DNA from: Ignavibacteriales bacterium
Lineage (GTDB): Bacteria; Bacteroidota; Ignavibacteria; UBA10030
NCBI GenBank assembly: GCA_016207415.1
Contig: JACQPT010000061.1
Span: forward strand, 1 to 48,010
Reading direction: 5' to 3'
Length of the DNA stretch: 48,010 bases
Each line of letters begins with the position of its first letter. Position 1 is the stretch's first letter. The translations under genes were made by a program, and so were the position numbers. Under the pieces are notes generated by a model. It saw only the letters and a program-made list of their open reading frames with translations. It ran no database searches and had not been told where the DNA came from. This document shows positions 18,594 through 27,527 of this stretch, one piece after another.

Positions 18594-18800
18594 TCACATA
18601 AAACTGATGTGTTTGAATTTTCGAAGAAAACGAACCCCATACACAATGAGCCCAATCCCCACCAACGCCGACGCGATTCCTCCGAGCATGTTTTCTCCAG
18701 ACTGTGATGCCCCGGTCCCAAGAAACAACCAAACACTAAAGCCAAACGCGCACAAGGTCGAGAGCGAGATAAAGAAAATATGGAAAAACTTGAGCGACAT
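18594..18800 (-). CDS. Small two-TM hypothetical protein
   Basis: MSLKFFHIFFI...; two hydrophobic helices; start overlaps the coxD stop (TAATG). Confidence 0.7.
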   Translation of the reverse strand: MSLKFFHIFFISLSTLCAFGFSVWLFLGTGASQSGENMLGGIASALVGIGLIVYGVRFLRKFKHISFM

Positions 18801-19105
18801 TAAGGCAATGCCACCTTATCGCTGAATGCGCCGACTGGCAAAAACATCAATCCTACAAAAAACACGACGGTCAAAACGAGCACTGCATAAATCAACTTCT
18901 TTTCAGAGATCAAATGCATGAAATAGCTCGCAACAAGCGAGCCTTTGATGACGGCGATGATCAGAGCAACGCTCACTGCCGCGACTGTGGAGAGGTGAAG
19001 CGTTGAGACCGCCACCGTCACAATGGTCAGTGCCAGGAGCACCACGAACACCATGATATATGTCCGAACGTGCTTCTTTATATCTTCTGCATGTGCTTCC
19101 GACAT
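18800..19105 (-). CDS. coxD: Cytochrome c oxidase subunit IV (prokaryotic COX4 family)
   Basis: YIMVFVVLLALT...IAVIKGSLVASYFMHL. Start placed at ATG 19105 with an AGGAGG RBS. Confidence 0.85.
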   Translation of the reverse strand: MSEAHAEDIKKHVRTYIMVFVVLLALTIVTVAVSTLHLSTVAAVSVALIIAVIKGSLVASYFMHLISEKKLIYAVLVLTVVFFVGLMFLPVGAFSDKVALP

Positions 19106-19115
19106 TTGGTCCTCC

Positions 19116-19706
19116 TTACAATAGATACAGGACGGGGAAAAGGAAAATCCACACCAGATCAACAAAGTGCCAGTAAAGCCCGGCAACCTCCACCCTATTC
19201 GTAAACCGCTCCGGCTCGGTCTTCCACATGTAACTTCCCGGTCCCCAGAGGTAGGTATTGAGCACAATTCCACCTATCACATGCAGGCCATGAAGCCCGG
19301 TGAGAGTGAAGTAGATGGCCAAAAACGTGTTGTAGCTGGGATAGTGGCCGATCTCAAACTTGTGTCCATACTCGAATGCCTTAACGACAAGAAATATGAG
19401 GGCACACAGGATCGTCAAGCCCATGTAGAGTTTATATTTTTTGAAATTGCTCATCTTCAACGAAGCCCAAGACATGACCATCGTGACGCTGGAAGAAATC
19501 AGGACCACCGTATTGAGCGTGGCGAGTGGGATATTCAGCTCTTCCCATCCATGGGGCCAGTGGTCCGCCCCCACTCTCAACAAAACGTAAGATGAGAAGA
19601 GTGCGCCGAAGAGCATCACCTCGGAAGCGAGAAACAACCAGACGCCAAGCTTGGCGTTAAAGAGTCCGGTATCTGAACGGAGTTGTACAGTGTAGGGAAT
19701 TTGCAT
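19116..19706 (-). CDS. coxC: Cytochrome c oxidase subunit III (short form)
   Basis: GVWLFLASEVMLFGALF, NTVVLISSS, TGLHGLHV, GLYWHFVDLVW. Confidence 0.95.
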   Translation of the reverse strand: MQIPYTVQLRSDTGLFNAKLGVWLFLASEVMLFGALFSSYVLLRVGADHWPHGWEELNIPLATLNTVVLISSSVTMVMSWASLKMSNFKKYKLYMGLTILCALIFLVVKAFEYGHKFEIGHYPSYNTFLAIYFTLTGLHGLHVIGGIVLNTYLWGPGSYMWKTEPERFTNRVEVAGLYWHFVDLVWIFLFPVLYLL

Positions 19707-19721
19707 TTTTTCCTCGAGCCC

Positions 19722-21602
19722 TTAGTCGGCTTCGTTTTGAGGCGTATAATCCCTGGATTTCCCGGGGACGCTGTATTCGTACGGCCCACGATAAACTTCG
19801 GGTACTTTTATGAAGTTACCATGAGGGGGAGGCGTTGGTGCTGCCGACCACTCAAGTGTTGTGGCCTGCCAGGGGTTCTCGTTGACAGTCTCTCCTCGTC
19901 TTAAGCTCCAGAAAAAGTTAAAGATAAAGACGATCTGGAAGACTCCCAGAACCCAGGCTCCGATGGACATCACTTCATTCCACGGCAACACGCTCTGTGC
20001 GTGCGCGTATTGTTGTGCGCCGTCTGAAAGCCGCCTCGAAACTCCCGCAAACCCTTGTATGAACATCGGGAGGAAGACGATGTTGATGGAAACAAACGAC
20101 CCCCAGAAATGTATCTTTCCCATAACATCGCTCATCTTTCGTCCAGTCACCTTAGGATACCAGTAGTAAATACCGGCAAACAGGGCAAAGAGGGATCCCG
20201 GAGCGACTACATAGTGAAAATGTCCGATGACATAGTACGTGTCGTGAAGATGGATGTCCGTGGGAGCAAGGCCAAGAGGCAGTCCGGTGAGACCGCCAAT
20301 GCCAAACATCGGAAGGAAAGCGAGCGCGAACAACATCGGCGTTGTGAATCTAATCGAGCCGCCCCAGAGCGAAATAATCAGCGCCGTCAGAATAATCACG
20401 GACGGAATCGAAATGATCATCGTTGTCGTCTGGAAGAATGCGCTGATGACAGTCCCCATGCCTGTCAGGAACATATGGTGCGCCCACACGATGAAGGACA
20501 TGAATCCGAGAAAGATCACTGCGTAGACCAACGATTTGTAACCCCACAGAGGCTTGCGTGTATTGTTGGCGATTACTTCGCCAAGAATTCCCATGGCCGG
20601 CAGGATTAAGACGTACACTTCGGGATGAGCAAGGAACCAAAACAAATGCTGCCAAAGAATTGGATGACCGCCTCCGCTGACCTGAAGCGGCTGTCCGGCA
20701 ACAACCAGGCCACTGGGAAGAAAGAAGCTTGTTCCTGCCAGGCGGTCCATGAGCTGAAGGATGCCAGCGGCTTCCAGTGGCGGAAACGCAAGAAGCAGGA
20801 GGAACGAAGTCACAAACTGCGCCCAGACAAAAAACGGAAGGCGCATAAACGTCATCCCCTTCGCCCGCAACTGAATAATCGTCGTGATAAAGTTCACGGA
20901 GCCTAAAAGCGAAGAAGTAATCAGAAACACCATGCCGATGAGCCAGAAAGTCTGGCCTGTCGTTGCGGTATTTGCCAGGGGCGAATACGAAGTCCATCCC
21001 GAATTCGCAGCGCCGCCAGGAACAAAGAAGCTCACCAACATCACCACGCCGCCGACGAAGTACGACCAATAACTCGCTGCGTTAAGTTTGGGAAACGCCA
21101 TATCCGGCGCACCGATTTGTAGCGGTACCACGTAATTGCCGAACGCTCCCACAGCCAGCGGTACGACGCCGAGAAAAACCATGATCGTTCCGTGCATCGC
21201 TCCAAGCTGATTGTAGAATTCCGGCAACATGATGCCGCCTGGCATACGGTCTTCCCCCGAGGTCAAATAGGACACGAGAGCCGCCACCCCCAGGAAGAGG
21301 AGACCAACGAGCATACTCAGGGAAGGTTTGAACTTTGATACCAGCAGAATGACGATCCCTATGACAGCGATAGGAACGATGAAATACATTGCCGGGATGG
21401 GATAATTCGGATGGGCTAGCTGCCAGCGCATGAGCATCATCAACGTGAAGCCGAAGAACAAAAACAAAAGGGCTGAAATGCCGTACTGGAGTCCGATGAT
21501 TTTGTGGTCGATGGAGAAAATGTATTTTCTCCAAAAACCAAGTTCTTCGTGGTGAGCGTGAGCTCCAACATCATGTGGTGCAGTGGCAACGAGTTGGTCC
21601 AC
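19722..21602 (-). CDS. coxA: Heme-copper oxidase subunit I (A-family-like)
   Basis: DHKIIG, MHGTIM, PDMAFP, HPEVY, WAHHM, HDTYYVIGHFH, SRR. All six His ligands and the cross-link Tyr are present. Confidence 0.97.
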   Translation of the reverse strand: MDQLVATAPHDVGAHAHHEELGFWRKYIFSIDHKIIGLQYGISALLFLFFGFTLMMLMRWQLAHPNYPIPAMYFIVPIAVIGIVILLVSKFKPSLSMLVGLLFLGVAALVSYLTSGEDRMPGGIMLPEFYNQLGAMHGTIMVFLGVVPLAVGAFGNYVVPLQIGAPDMAFPKLNAASYWSYFVGGVVMLVSFFVPGGAANSGWTSYSPLANTATTGQTFWLIGMVFLITSSLLGSVNFITTIIQLRAKGMTFMRLPFFVWAQFVTSFLLLLAFPPLEAAGILQLMDRLAGTSFFLPSGLVVAGQPLQVSGGGHPILWQHLFWFLAHPEVYVLILPAMGILGEVIANNTRKPLWGYKSLVYAVIFLGFMSFIVWAHHMFLTGMGTVISAFFQTTTMIISIPSVIILTALIISLWGGSIRFTTPMLFALAFLPMFGIGGLTGLPLGLAPTDIHLHDTYYVIGHFHYVVAPGSLFALFAGIYYWYPKVTGRKMSDVMGKIHFWGSFVSINIVFLPMFIQGFAGVSRRLSDGAQQYAHAQSVLPWNEVMSIGAWVLGVFQIVFIFNFFWSLRRGETVNENPWQATTLEWSAAPTPPPHGNFIKVPEVYRGPYEYSVPGKSRDYTPQNEAD

Positions 21603-21635
21603 GTAGGTTCCTTTCTGTTTAAGGTTGGTTACGGA

Positions 21636-22325
21636 CTAACCGGCTTTGTAGGAGAAGTTCACCGTTGCTTTTCCCGTCGCATCCACCTTCACTTTCATCG
21701 TCTGGGTCCCGTATTTCTCGTGCCAGGCTTCGACAGTGTATTCACCTGCCGGAAGGTCTTTGATGACAAAAGACCCGTCGTCTCCAGTGACAGAATAAAA
21801 CGGATGACTGAAAACGCCGATGTAAGCACCCATCCAGGAATGCACTTCACATTTCACTTTGAACGGAGCTTCTGGTTTTGGAAAATTCTTTTTCATTGTG
21901 CCGGGTACAGGCTGTCCCTGATTGAATCCCTGATTGACTTTGGGCAGTGCATGCACGTTGTGTAGCGTGTTGTCGCTGTTTTTGACCTGGAGCTCCTGGC
22001 CGGCCATTACACCAAGGACATGTGGCTTATAAATGCAGCCTTTCTGGTCGAAAACAACCGGAGTTTTCGGTGTGTCGAATTTCTTCCCACCAATCCCATC
22101 TTTCACGTAGATGAGGACGTTTTTCAATGTGCCGTTCTTATTGACTACAAGCTCTTCACTTAAAACAGGTGCCTTGTGGGCCATGGCGCAGAATTTGTCG
22201 GCATCCATTCGGAGCCGCGCCGGGGCAGCCGGTTTTCCTTCGAACGAAACTTTCCCTGTGACATCACCCGCAACAACTGGTAGCGAGAGGAAAACGACCA
22301 TCACCGCCAAAACCGCCTTTTTCAT
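21636..22325 (-). CDS. Secreted cupredoxin-like protein with a carboxypeptidase-regulatory-like beta domain
   Basis: Signal peptide, strong AGGAG RBS, FDQKGC, HNVH and CEVHSWM (C-x2-H-x2-M), C-terminal GSFVIKDLPAGEYTVEAWHE. Confidence 0.75.
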   Translation of the reverse strand: MKKAVLAVMVVFLSLPVVAGDVTGKVSFEGKPAAPARLRMDADKFCAMAHKAPVLSEELVVNKNGTLKNVLIYVKDGIGGKKFDTPKTPVVFDQKGCIYKPHVLGVMAGQELQVKNSDNTLHNVHALPKVNQGFNQGQPVPGTMKKNFPKPEAPFKVKCEVHSWMGAYIGVFSHPFYSVTGDDGSFVIKDLPAGEYTVEAWHEKYGTQTMKVKVDATGKATVNFSYKAG

Positions 22326-22406
22326 TGTTATACTTCTCCTTTCATGTTGAAATCAGTTTAATGGCCTCAATAGAATATAAACAACCCTTGGGTGATCGAG
22401 ATTCCG

Positions 22407-25055
22407 TCATTTGCTTGCAACAGTGCCAGACCTTCTTCCCAAAATCCACACGTATGTGGAAAGAGCCTTTATTTGCTCCTCGTTACTGCCACCCAAGATC
22501 GTAGGATCCGGAGCCTCCTGACCTTCTGTGAAAAACGTAGGCATGCGCGTCCCTTGCTGCAGCTTTGACGGATCTCTTAGCCAATCGATGATCCATTCGG
22601 GTTTCAAGCGTGTATACGCCTTCGCGAGGTCGGGAGCCAGAGACTCCGCCGTCACACCCTCTGTGTTATTGCCCGTCGGATGGCATTTTGCACACTGGTA
22701 CACCTCATAGAGCTTTCTTCCCGGCGCGACGTATTTCTGGTCAACAGGCGTTGCCGCATAGTCACGAAGGACAAAATCCTGCTTTGACATTCCCAGAAAA
22801 TACCTTTGAATCTTGCCTATTTCAATGTCGGTAAGATGAAACGTGGGCATTCTGACATTCACCCAGGGCCGAATCGTCGTTGGATTACTCAGGAACGAGT
22901 ACAGCCACGGCTCCTGGACTTTTGCTCCCTGACTTTCGGGCAGCGGCGGAGGTCCCAGTGCAGCCTCCTCGTACAGTGAGACAGTGTACCCGCCGCGTTC
23001 TTCAAGCTGGTGGCATTGGACGCAATTGTACGTCATCGTCAGCCTGCGGCCTGCTTCAACATCCTGCATCCGCTTGTCGTATGCGCGTTGATAGCTTGGG
23101 AGGGGGACATCCTTCGTCATGCTGATGAGTAACAGTCGGATGAGCCTTATTTCTTCTTCGTTGAAGGTGAAGAGCGGCATTTTCTGAACGATGCGTTCTG
23201 TCTGGTACAGCCGGGGATTCTTGAATTTCCCGAACACCCAGCCTCTCCAGGTGTGCTTTACAGCCACCGTTCCGTCGGCATTCTCTCGATAGTCCAGGGT
23301 ATCATCTTCCGAAAGTTCATGCGTATCTCCAAAGTCCATCTGCTCGACTTTCTTCCGGCCAAAGTCGGAGAGCTCAACACTGACCTTTCCTTCATTCTCC
23401 ATTCCCTTGATCGAATGGCAACCTGCGCAACCGAATTCCCTGATGAGCCTGTCCCCTCTCGCAATTTTCTCAGCGTTGTTCAGATCCAGATTCGCGAGGG
23501 GGAATCTCCTGTCATCTTTAAGCGTCGTGAGATATGCGACGATATGTCTTGCTTCGACATCCGTAAGACGTAGGCTCGGCATGCGCGTTTCAGCGTTATA
23601 GTGGCGGGGGTTTCTCACCCAATCGAATATCCAATCGGGAGAAACCTTGCTGCCCACGCGAGTCAATTCGGGTGCGATATCAAAACTTGTCGCCCGTGCA
23701 TCTCTTACTCTTGTGGCGTTTCCTACGACGTGACAGGCCTGGCACCCGATGGTCTCGAAGAGCTGCTTCCCTTGAGCTGCACTGCCACCGACAAAGGATC
23801 CGCGGGGTCGCTCAAAAGAAAAACTCGATTGTTTGGCAACGCTGACGAGGTAGGCAGTGATCGCCTCCGCCTGGTCATCGCTGAACATGAAATTCGGCAT
23901 GCGCGTGTGCGCATTGTAGTCTTTCGGATTTCTCACCCATCGGAAGATCCAATCTGGGTGTACCTTAGCCGTCAGCGTGTTCAACGGTGGACCGATTTTC
24001 GGGAGGTCGGAAAACCCCTTGATTTCATGACAGCCGTAGCAGCCGGACTCGAATACTATTTGCTTCGCTGCGACGAACGGTTTTGCGTGTTTCAGGACGC
24101 TTTCATTGGTGTGGCAGGAGTTACACGTTGCATACACATCGTTACCACGCAGGATAGGAGTTTCCCAGTAATGGTCGTCCTCACCGTGGGCAAATCCGGC
24201 TGTAAGCGCCGGCCCCTGTCCACGGTGACACGGTGTGCATCCAAATGTCTCCGGATTATGCTTGGCGAGAAGCTCCGGAACCGGATGACTGGTGAACGGT
24301 TGCGGCGCCTCCGACATGAGCTCATCATTCCAGCCGGAGTGACACGTCTGGCAGCGGTCGATCCTCGCCTTAATCTCCTGGAATGGCGTTAATTCAAAAT
24401 CGTTCAACATGACCTGCCGCACTCCGATCGGAGCGTTTCGCATTTTCTCAGCTTTTGACCCATACGCTTCAGCTTCAGCAAACAGGCTTTGCAACTCGAT
24501 TTGAGCCTTCGCGAGAGCATCTTTGTACTTATTGACGACCTCATCCAGACCAGCGATTTTTTTCTCGAGCTCGGTCATTTCAGACAAATGTTTCGCTATT
24601 GCCGCCTCATGTTCGTCAACTTCTCTGCGGAATGGAGCGACATCCCTTCCTTCCAGTTTTGCTTTCTGCAACTGATAGTAAGCTGCATCCGACCGGCTCC
24701 GGGCAAATCGCCATTCTCTCGTCGCCAGGTCTAACCCGCTGCTCAGATGGTCTTTCTCGGACACGGCTTTCACATATTCTTCCGACGCCACCCCCTCCTC
24801 CGCGTTCTTTAGACGTGCCTGTAATTCAACTACTTGAGATGAATCTATTTCTTGCATCGAGAGGAGACGCAAGGAATCGAGTTTTTCGGCTGAAAGCTCG
24901 TGAAAGGTGGTCTGATATTCTTTCCAGGGTCGACGAGTCCTGACTTCATCCCACACAGACCACACTGTTCCCAGGAACAAGATTCCGCTGAAGAGAATGT
25001 AAAAAGCGGCGTAATTCCGGCTCTCTACTGGTGTCTTGGCTCGCTGTTTAAACAT
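22407..25055 (-). CDS. Membrane-anchored multiheme cytochrome c (8 CxxCH)
   Basis: N-terminal TM helix, long coiled coil, then CQTCH, CTPCH, CNSCH, CYGCH, CQACH, CAGCH, CVQCH, CAKCH. Confidence 0.92.
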   Translation of the reverse strand: MFKQRAKTPVESRNYAAFYILFSGILFLGTVWSVWDEVRTRRPWKEYQTTFHELSAEKLDSLRLLSMQEIDSSQVVELQARLKNAEEGVASEEYVKAVSEKDHLSSGLDLATREWRFARSRSDAAYYQLQKAKLEGRDVAPFRREVDEHEAAIAKHLSEMTELEKKIAGLDEVVNKYKDALAKAQIELQSLFAEAEAYGSKAEKMRNAPIGVRQVMLNDFELTPFQEIKARIDRCQTCHSGWNDELMSEAPQPFTSHPVPELLAKHNPETFGCTPCHRGQGPALTAGFAHGEDDHYWETPILRGNDVYATCNSCHTNESVLKHAKPFVAAKQIVFESGCYGCHEIKGFSDLPKIGPPLNTLTAKVHPDWIFRWVRNPKDYNAHTRMPNFMFSDDQAEAITAYLVSVAKQSSFSFERPRGSFVGGSAAQGKQLFETIGCQACHVVGNATRVRDARATSFDIAPELTRVGSKVSPDWIFDWVRNPRHYNAETRMPSLRLTDVEARHIVAYLTTLKDDRRFPLANLDLNNAEKIARGDRLIREFGCAGCHSIKGMENEGKVSVELSDFGRKKVEQMDFGDTHELSEDDTLDYRENADGTVAVKHTWRGWVFGKFKNPRLYQTERIVQKMPLFTFNEEEIRLIRLLLISMTKDVPLPSYQRAYDKRMQDVEAGRRLTMTYNCVQCHQLEERGGYTVSLYEEAALGPPPLPESQGAKVQEPWLYSFLSNPTTIRPWVNVRMPTFHLTDIEIGKIQRYFLGMSKQDFVLRDYAATPVDQKYVAPGRKLYEVYQCAKCHPTGNNTEGVTAESLAPDLAKAYTRLKPEWIIDWLRDPSKLQQGTRMPTFFTEGQEAPDPTILGGSNEEQIKALSTYVWILGRRSGTVASK

Positions 25056-25080
25056 TATACTGACAGGTTCTTCAAGGTTG

Positions 25081-25989
25081 CTAGACGTTAAACCAGGGAG
25101 TGACCCAAACGTATTTCACAGGGTTCATTCCAAGAAATGTGGGTATCAAACGTAGGAGAATCTTCACAAGTAGCCCCATCATCGTCAAAAACAGGAACGA
25201 AACTATCGCGTATCGGACCAGCCCCAGCTTCTTCATGAAGTCTGTATTCCTCTTTCTCAGCCAATACAGGGGTCCAAGCGAGTAGAAGCCAAAGACGCAC
25301 ACCGCGCCAAAAATGAAAGCGGCCGGGTTCAATGAACCGTCCGGCATACGGGTGGCGATATTGAACGGCCACATTTCAGAAAAGTCGACGTTCGTCAAGA
25401 CGGCAACAAAGTGAGGATCCCATTTCTCTCCCGGCATGAAGAAATTCCAGCCCGGACCGCGGAGAAACGTTCCTATAAAAATGAGAAGACACCAGAGAAT
25501 AAGAAAACCAAAAGAAAATACCAGGACTGCGAACTTGCGCTCCTTGAACGTATAATATCCGTTACCCTTCGGGTTGATGTCGATGTATGGAATCGCCATC
25601 AAACCAACGATGATGAGACTCGGCAGCACAACACCGGCAATCCATGGATCGAAGTACACCAGCATTTCCTGCAAACCGAGGAAATACCAGGGGGCTTTCG
25701 AAGGGTTTGGCGTTAGGGCTCTGTTGGCTGGCTCTTCAAGCGGGGCGTCCAGCGTGATCGACCAAATTACCAACACCGCCATTACGGCAATGGTGGCAAG
25801 AAACTCAACGCGCACAAGATACGGCCACACCTGGACTTTGTCGTCCAACGTCGCCTCGACCGGGTATCCCTGCGCATCATTCTTCTTTGCCTTCGTCCAG
25901 GCGAACCAGGTAAAGAAGATGACGGAGAAAAGCAGGAAAACGATCGGAAGATTATCCGGCTTGGTGAGAATCTCGAAGAATTGTTGCAT
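25081..25989 (-). CDS. petD: Cytochrome b subunit IV-like (C-terminal half of split cytochrome b)
   Basis: VWP, DAPLEEPAN, TPNPSKAPWYFLGLQE (PEWY-equivalent region), PYID, RGPGW; directly follows the b6-like gene. Confidence 0.8.
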   Translation of the reverse strand: MQQFFEILTKPDNLPIVFLLFSVIFFTWFAWTKAKKNDAQGYPVEATLDDKVQVWPYLVRVEFLATIAVMAVLVIWSITLDAPLEEPANRALTPNPSKAPWYFLGLQEMLVYFDPWIAGVVLPSLIIVGLMAIPYIDINPKGNGYYTFKERKFAVLVFSFGFLILWCLLIFIGTFLRGPGWNFFMPGEKWDPHFVAVLTNVDFSEMWPFNIATRMPDGSLNPAAFIFGAVCVFGFYSLGPLYWLRKRNTDFMKKLGLVRYAIVSFLFLTMMGLLVKILLRLIPTFLGMNPVKYVWVTPWFNV

Positions 25990-26013
25990 GCAGTGTTTGG
26001 CTGGGGAGCGGTC

Positions 26014-26781
26014 TTATGTTTTCTTTGGCGTTTCCGGACCTGAAATTCCTCCGTCTTTTCGCACACGCCAGAAATGCACAGCCATAAAGATCGCCGCAAT
26101 AATAGGGAGGAAAATGCAATGGCCAACATAAAATCTCAGGAGCGTCGGCGGACCAACTTCGGTGCCGCCAAGAAGGACAAAGCGGACGTCATTGTCCGGC
26201 ATCATGCCCAGCTCGGGTCCAAATGGGCCCTCGTGTCCCAGCAACGGAGTCGCGCGAGCCATGTTCGTCCCAACAGTGACCGCCCAGATTGCAAGCTGGT
26301 CCCACGGCAGAAGGTAACCCGAAAAGCTCAACAGAAGCGTGAGCACGAGAAGGATCACGCCGACGACCCAGTTAAATTGTCTTGGCGGCTTGTACGAACC
26401 CGTGAGGAAAACCCGGAACATGTGAAGCATCACCGTGAGAACCATCGCGTGAGCGGCCCATCGGTGCATGTTGCGAATGAGCGGGCCGAAGGGGACATCA
26501 TTCATCAAATACTTCATGTCCTCGTACGCGTATTGTGCCGTCGGTCGGTAGTAGAACATAAGGATAATGCCGGTAATGGTGAGGACAAGAAAAAGAAGAA
26601 AAGTTATTCCTCCCATGCCCCACGTGTAGCCGATGTTTGTTGCGTGTCGTGGAACGCGAACAGGATGCAAATGGAGGAAAACGTTGTCGACAATCTGAAG
26701 CGCACGATTCCGTTGTGTGTCCTGGTACGAGTGACGGAAGATCGATTTGTAGACTTCAGTTTTCTTGAACGCCTCTAGCAT
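26014..26781 (-). CDS. petB: Cytochrome b6-like (N-terminal half of split cytochrome b)
   Basis: RNMHRWAAH...LHMFRV (H-x13-H), SGYLLPWDQ, FYVGH...VH (H-x14-H, b6-type spacing). Start placed at ATG 26781. Confidence 0.92.
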   Translation of the reverse strand: MLEAFKKTEVYKSIFRHSYQDTQRNRALQIVDNVFLHLHPVRVPRHATNIGYTWGMGGITFLLFLVLTITGIILMFYYRPTAQYAYEDMKYLMNDVPFGPLIRNMHRWAAHAMVLTVMLHMFRVFLTGSYKPPRQFNWVVGVILLVLTLLLSFSGYLLPWDQLAIWAVTVGTNMARATPLLGHEGPFGPELGMMPDNDVRFVLLGGTEVGPPTLLRFYVGHCIFLPIIAAIFMAVHFWRVRKDGGISGPETPKKT

Positions 26782-26789
26782 ACTGTCTC

Positions 26790-27446
26790 CTAACCTTGAA
26801 AGGGCAAGAAGGCGCCGGGTTTGGTCCAATCGCCTTTTTCATAGATGAACTTAATGCTCCGGTCGATTTCAATCTGACCGTCGTCGGTGAAGGTGATGAG
26901 CGCGCGTTCCAGCGGGCGGGGCGCAGGTCCTTCAAAGTTAATGCCCGTCCTGTAGAAACCGCTGCCGTGGCATGGACACTTAAACTTGTTGTCTGACCCC
27001 AGCCACCGAGGCGTGCAACCCAGGTGAGTGCAAATCGAAATGAGTGCGTAAAAGCCCCCTTTTTCCCGGACAATCCAGACTCTTTTCTCTTCTTTGAACT
27101 TCTCGCTTACTTCGCCGACGACAAAATCCGAGGGGAAACCGGCCTTGAATTTTGGCGGCTGTTCAAACAGTACGCGCGGAAACATAAAACGAAGTGCTCC
27201 GATGGTCGACGTGACGATAAAGCCAAAAAACCCCAGCCAGCCGGCGACAGAAAGCACATTCCTTCGGTTCATTCGCCATATTCCGGGGTCTTCCTCGGGA
27301 GGACGATCCTGTTTTGCTTTTCGCGGCAGAGGGACAGGGCTGATCTGCGTTCCGGAAGGCCTAGGCGCCCCTGCCGTGGGTGCGGCGGGTGCTGTAGGCG
27401 TCAGTGCTTGCGGCGCGGCAGCTTCCTTTGCTACCTGGTCAGCCAT
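26790..27446 (-). CDS. petC: Rieske 2Fe-2S subunit
   Basis: CTHLGC and CPCHGS boxes; Tat-like NRRNVL before the TM helix; Pro/Ala-rich N-terminal extension. Confidence 0.94.
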   Translation of the reverse strand: MADQVAKEAAAPQALTPTAPAAPTAGAPRPSGTQISPVPLPRKAKQDRPPEEDPGIWRMNRRNVLSVAGWLGFFGFIVTSTIGALRFMFPRVLFEQPPKFKAGFPSDFVVGEVSEKFKEEKRVWIVREKGGFYALISICTHLGCTPRWLGSDNKFKCPCHGSGFYRTGINFEGPAPRPLERALITFTDDGQIEIDRSIKFIYEKGDWTKPGAFLPFQG

Positions 27447-27527
27447 AGATGGATTCCTTTGTCTTTTGCAAAAAAAGTCGGAATACTTTCCCGGAACGCG
27501 AACGGAAGGCCCGCCATGGTATGCCGG

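Noticed and set aside
19722-21602. CoxA as a nitric oxide reductase or pseudogene
   Set aside because: The HPEVY Tyr, all His ligands, the D-channel, subunits II-IV and heme A synthesis genes are intact, and there are no frameshifts.
27470-27495. Possible terminator between the ferredoxin and Rieske genes (GGAA-tact-TTCC next to an A-run)
   Set aside because: The stem is too short to call.
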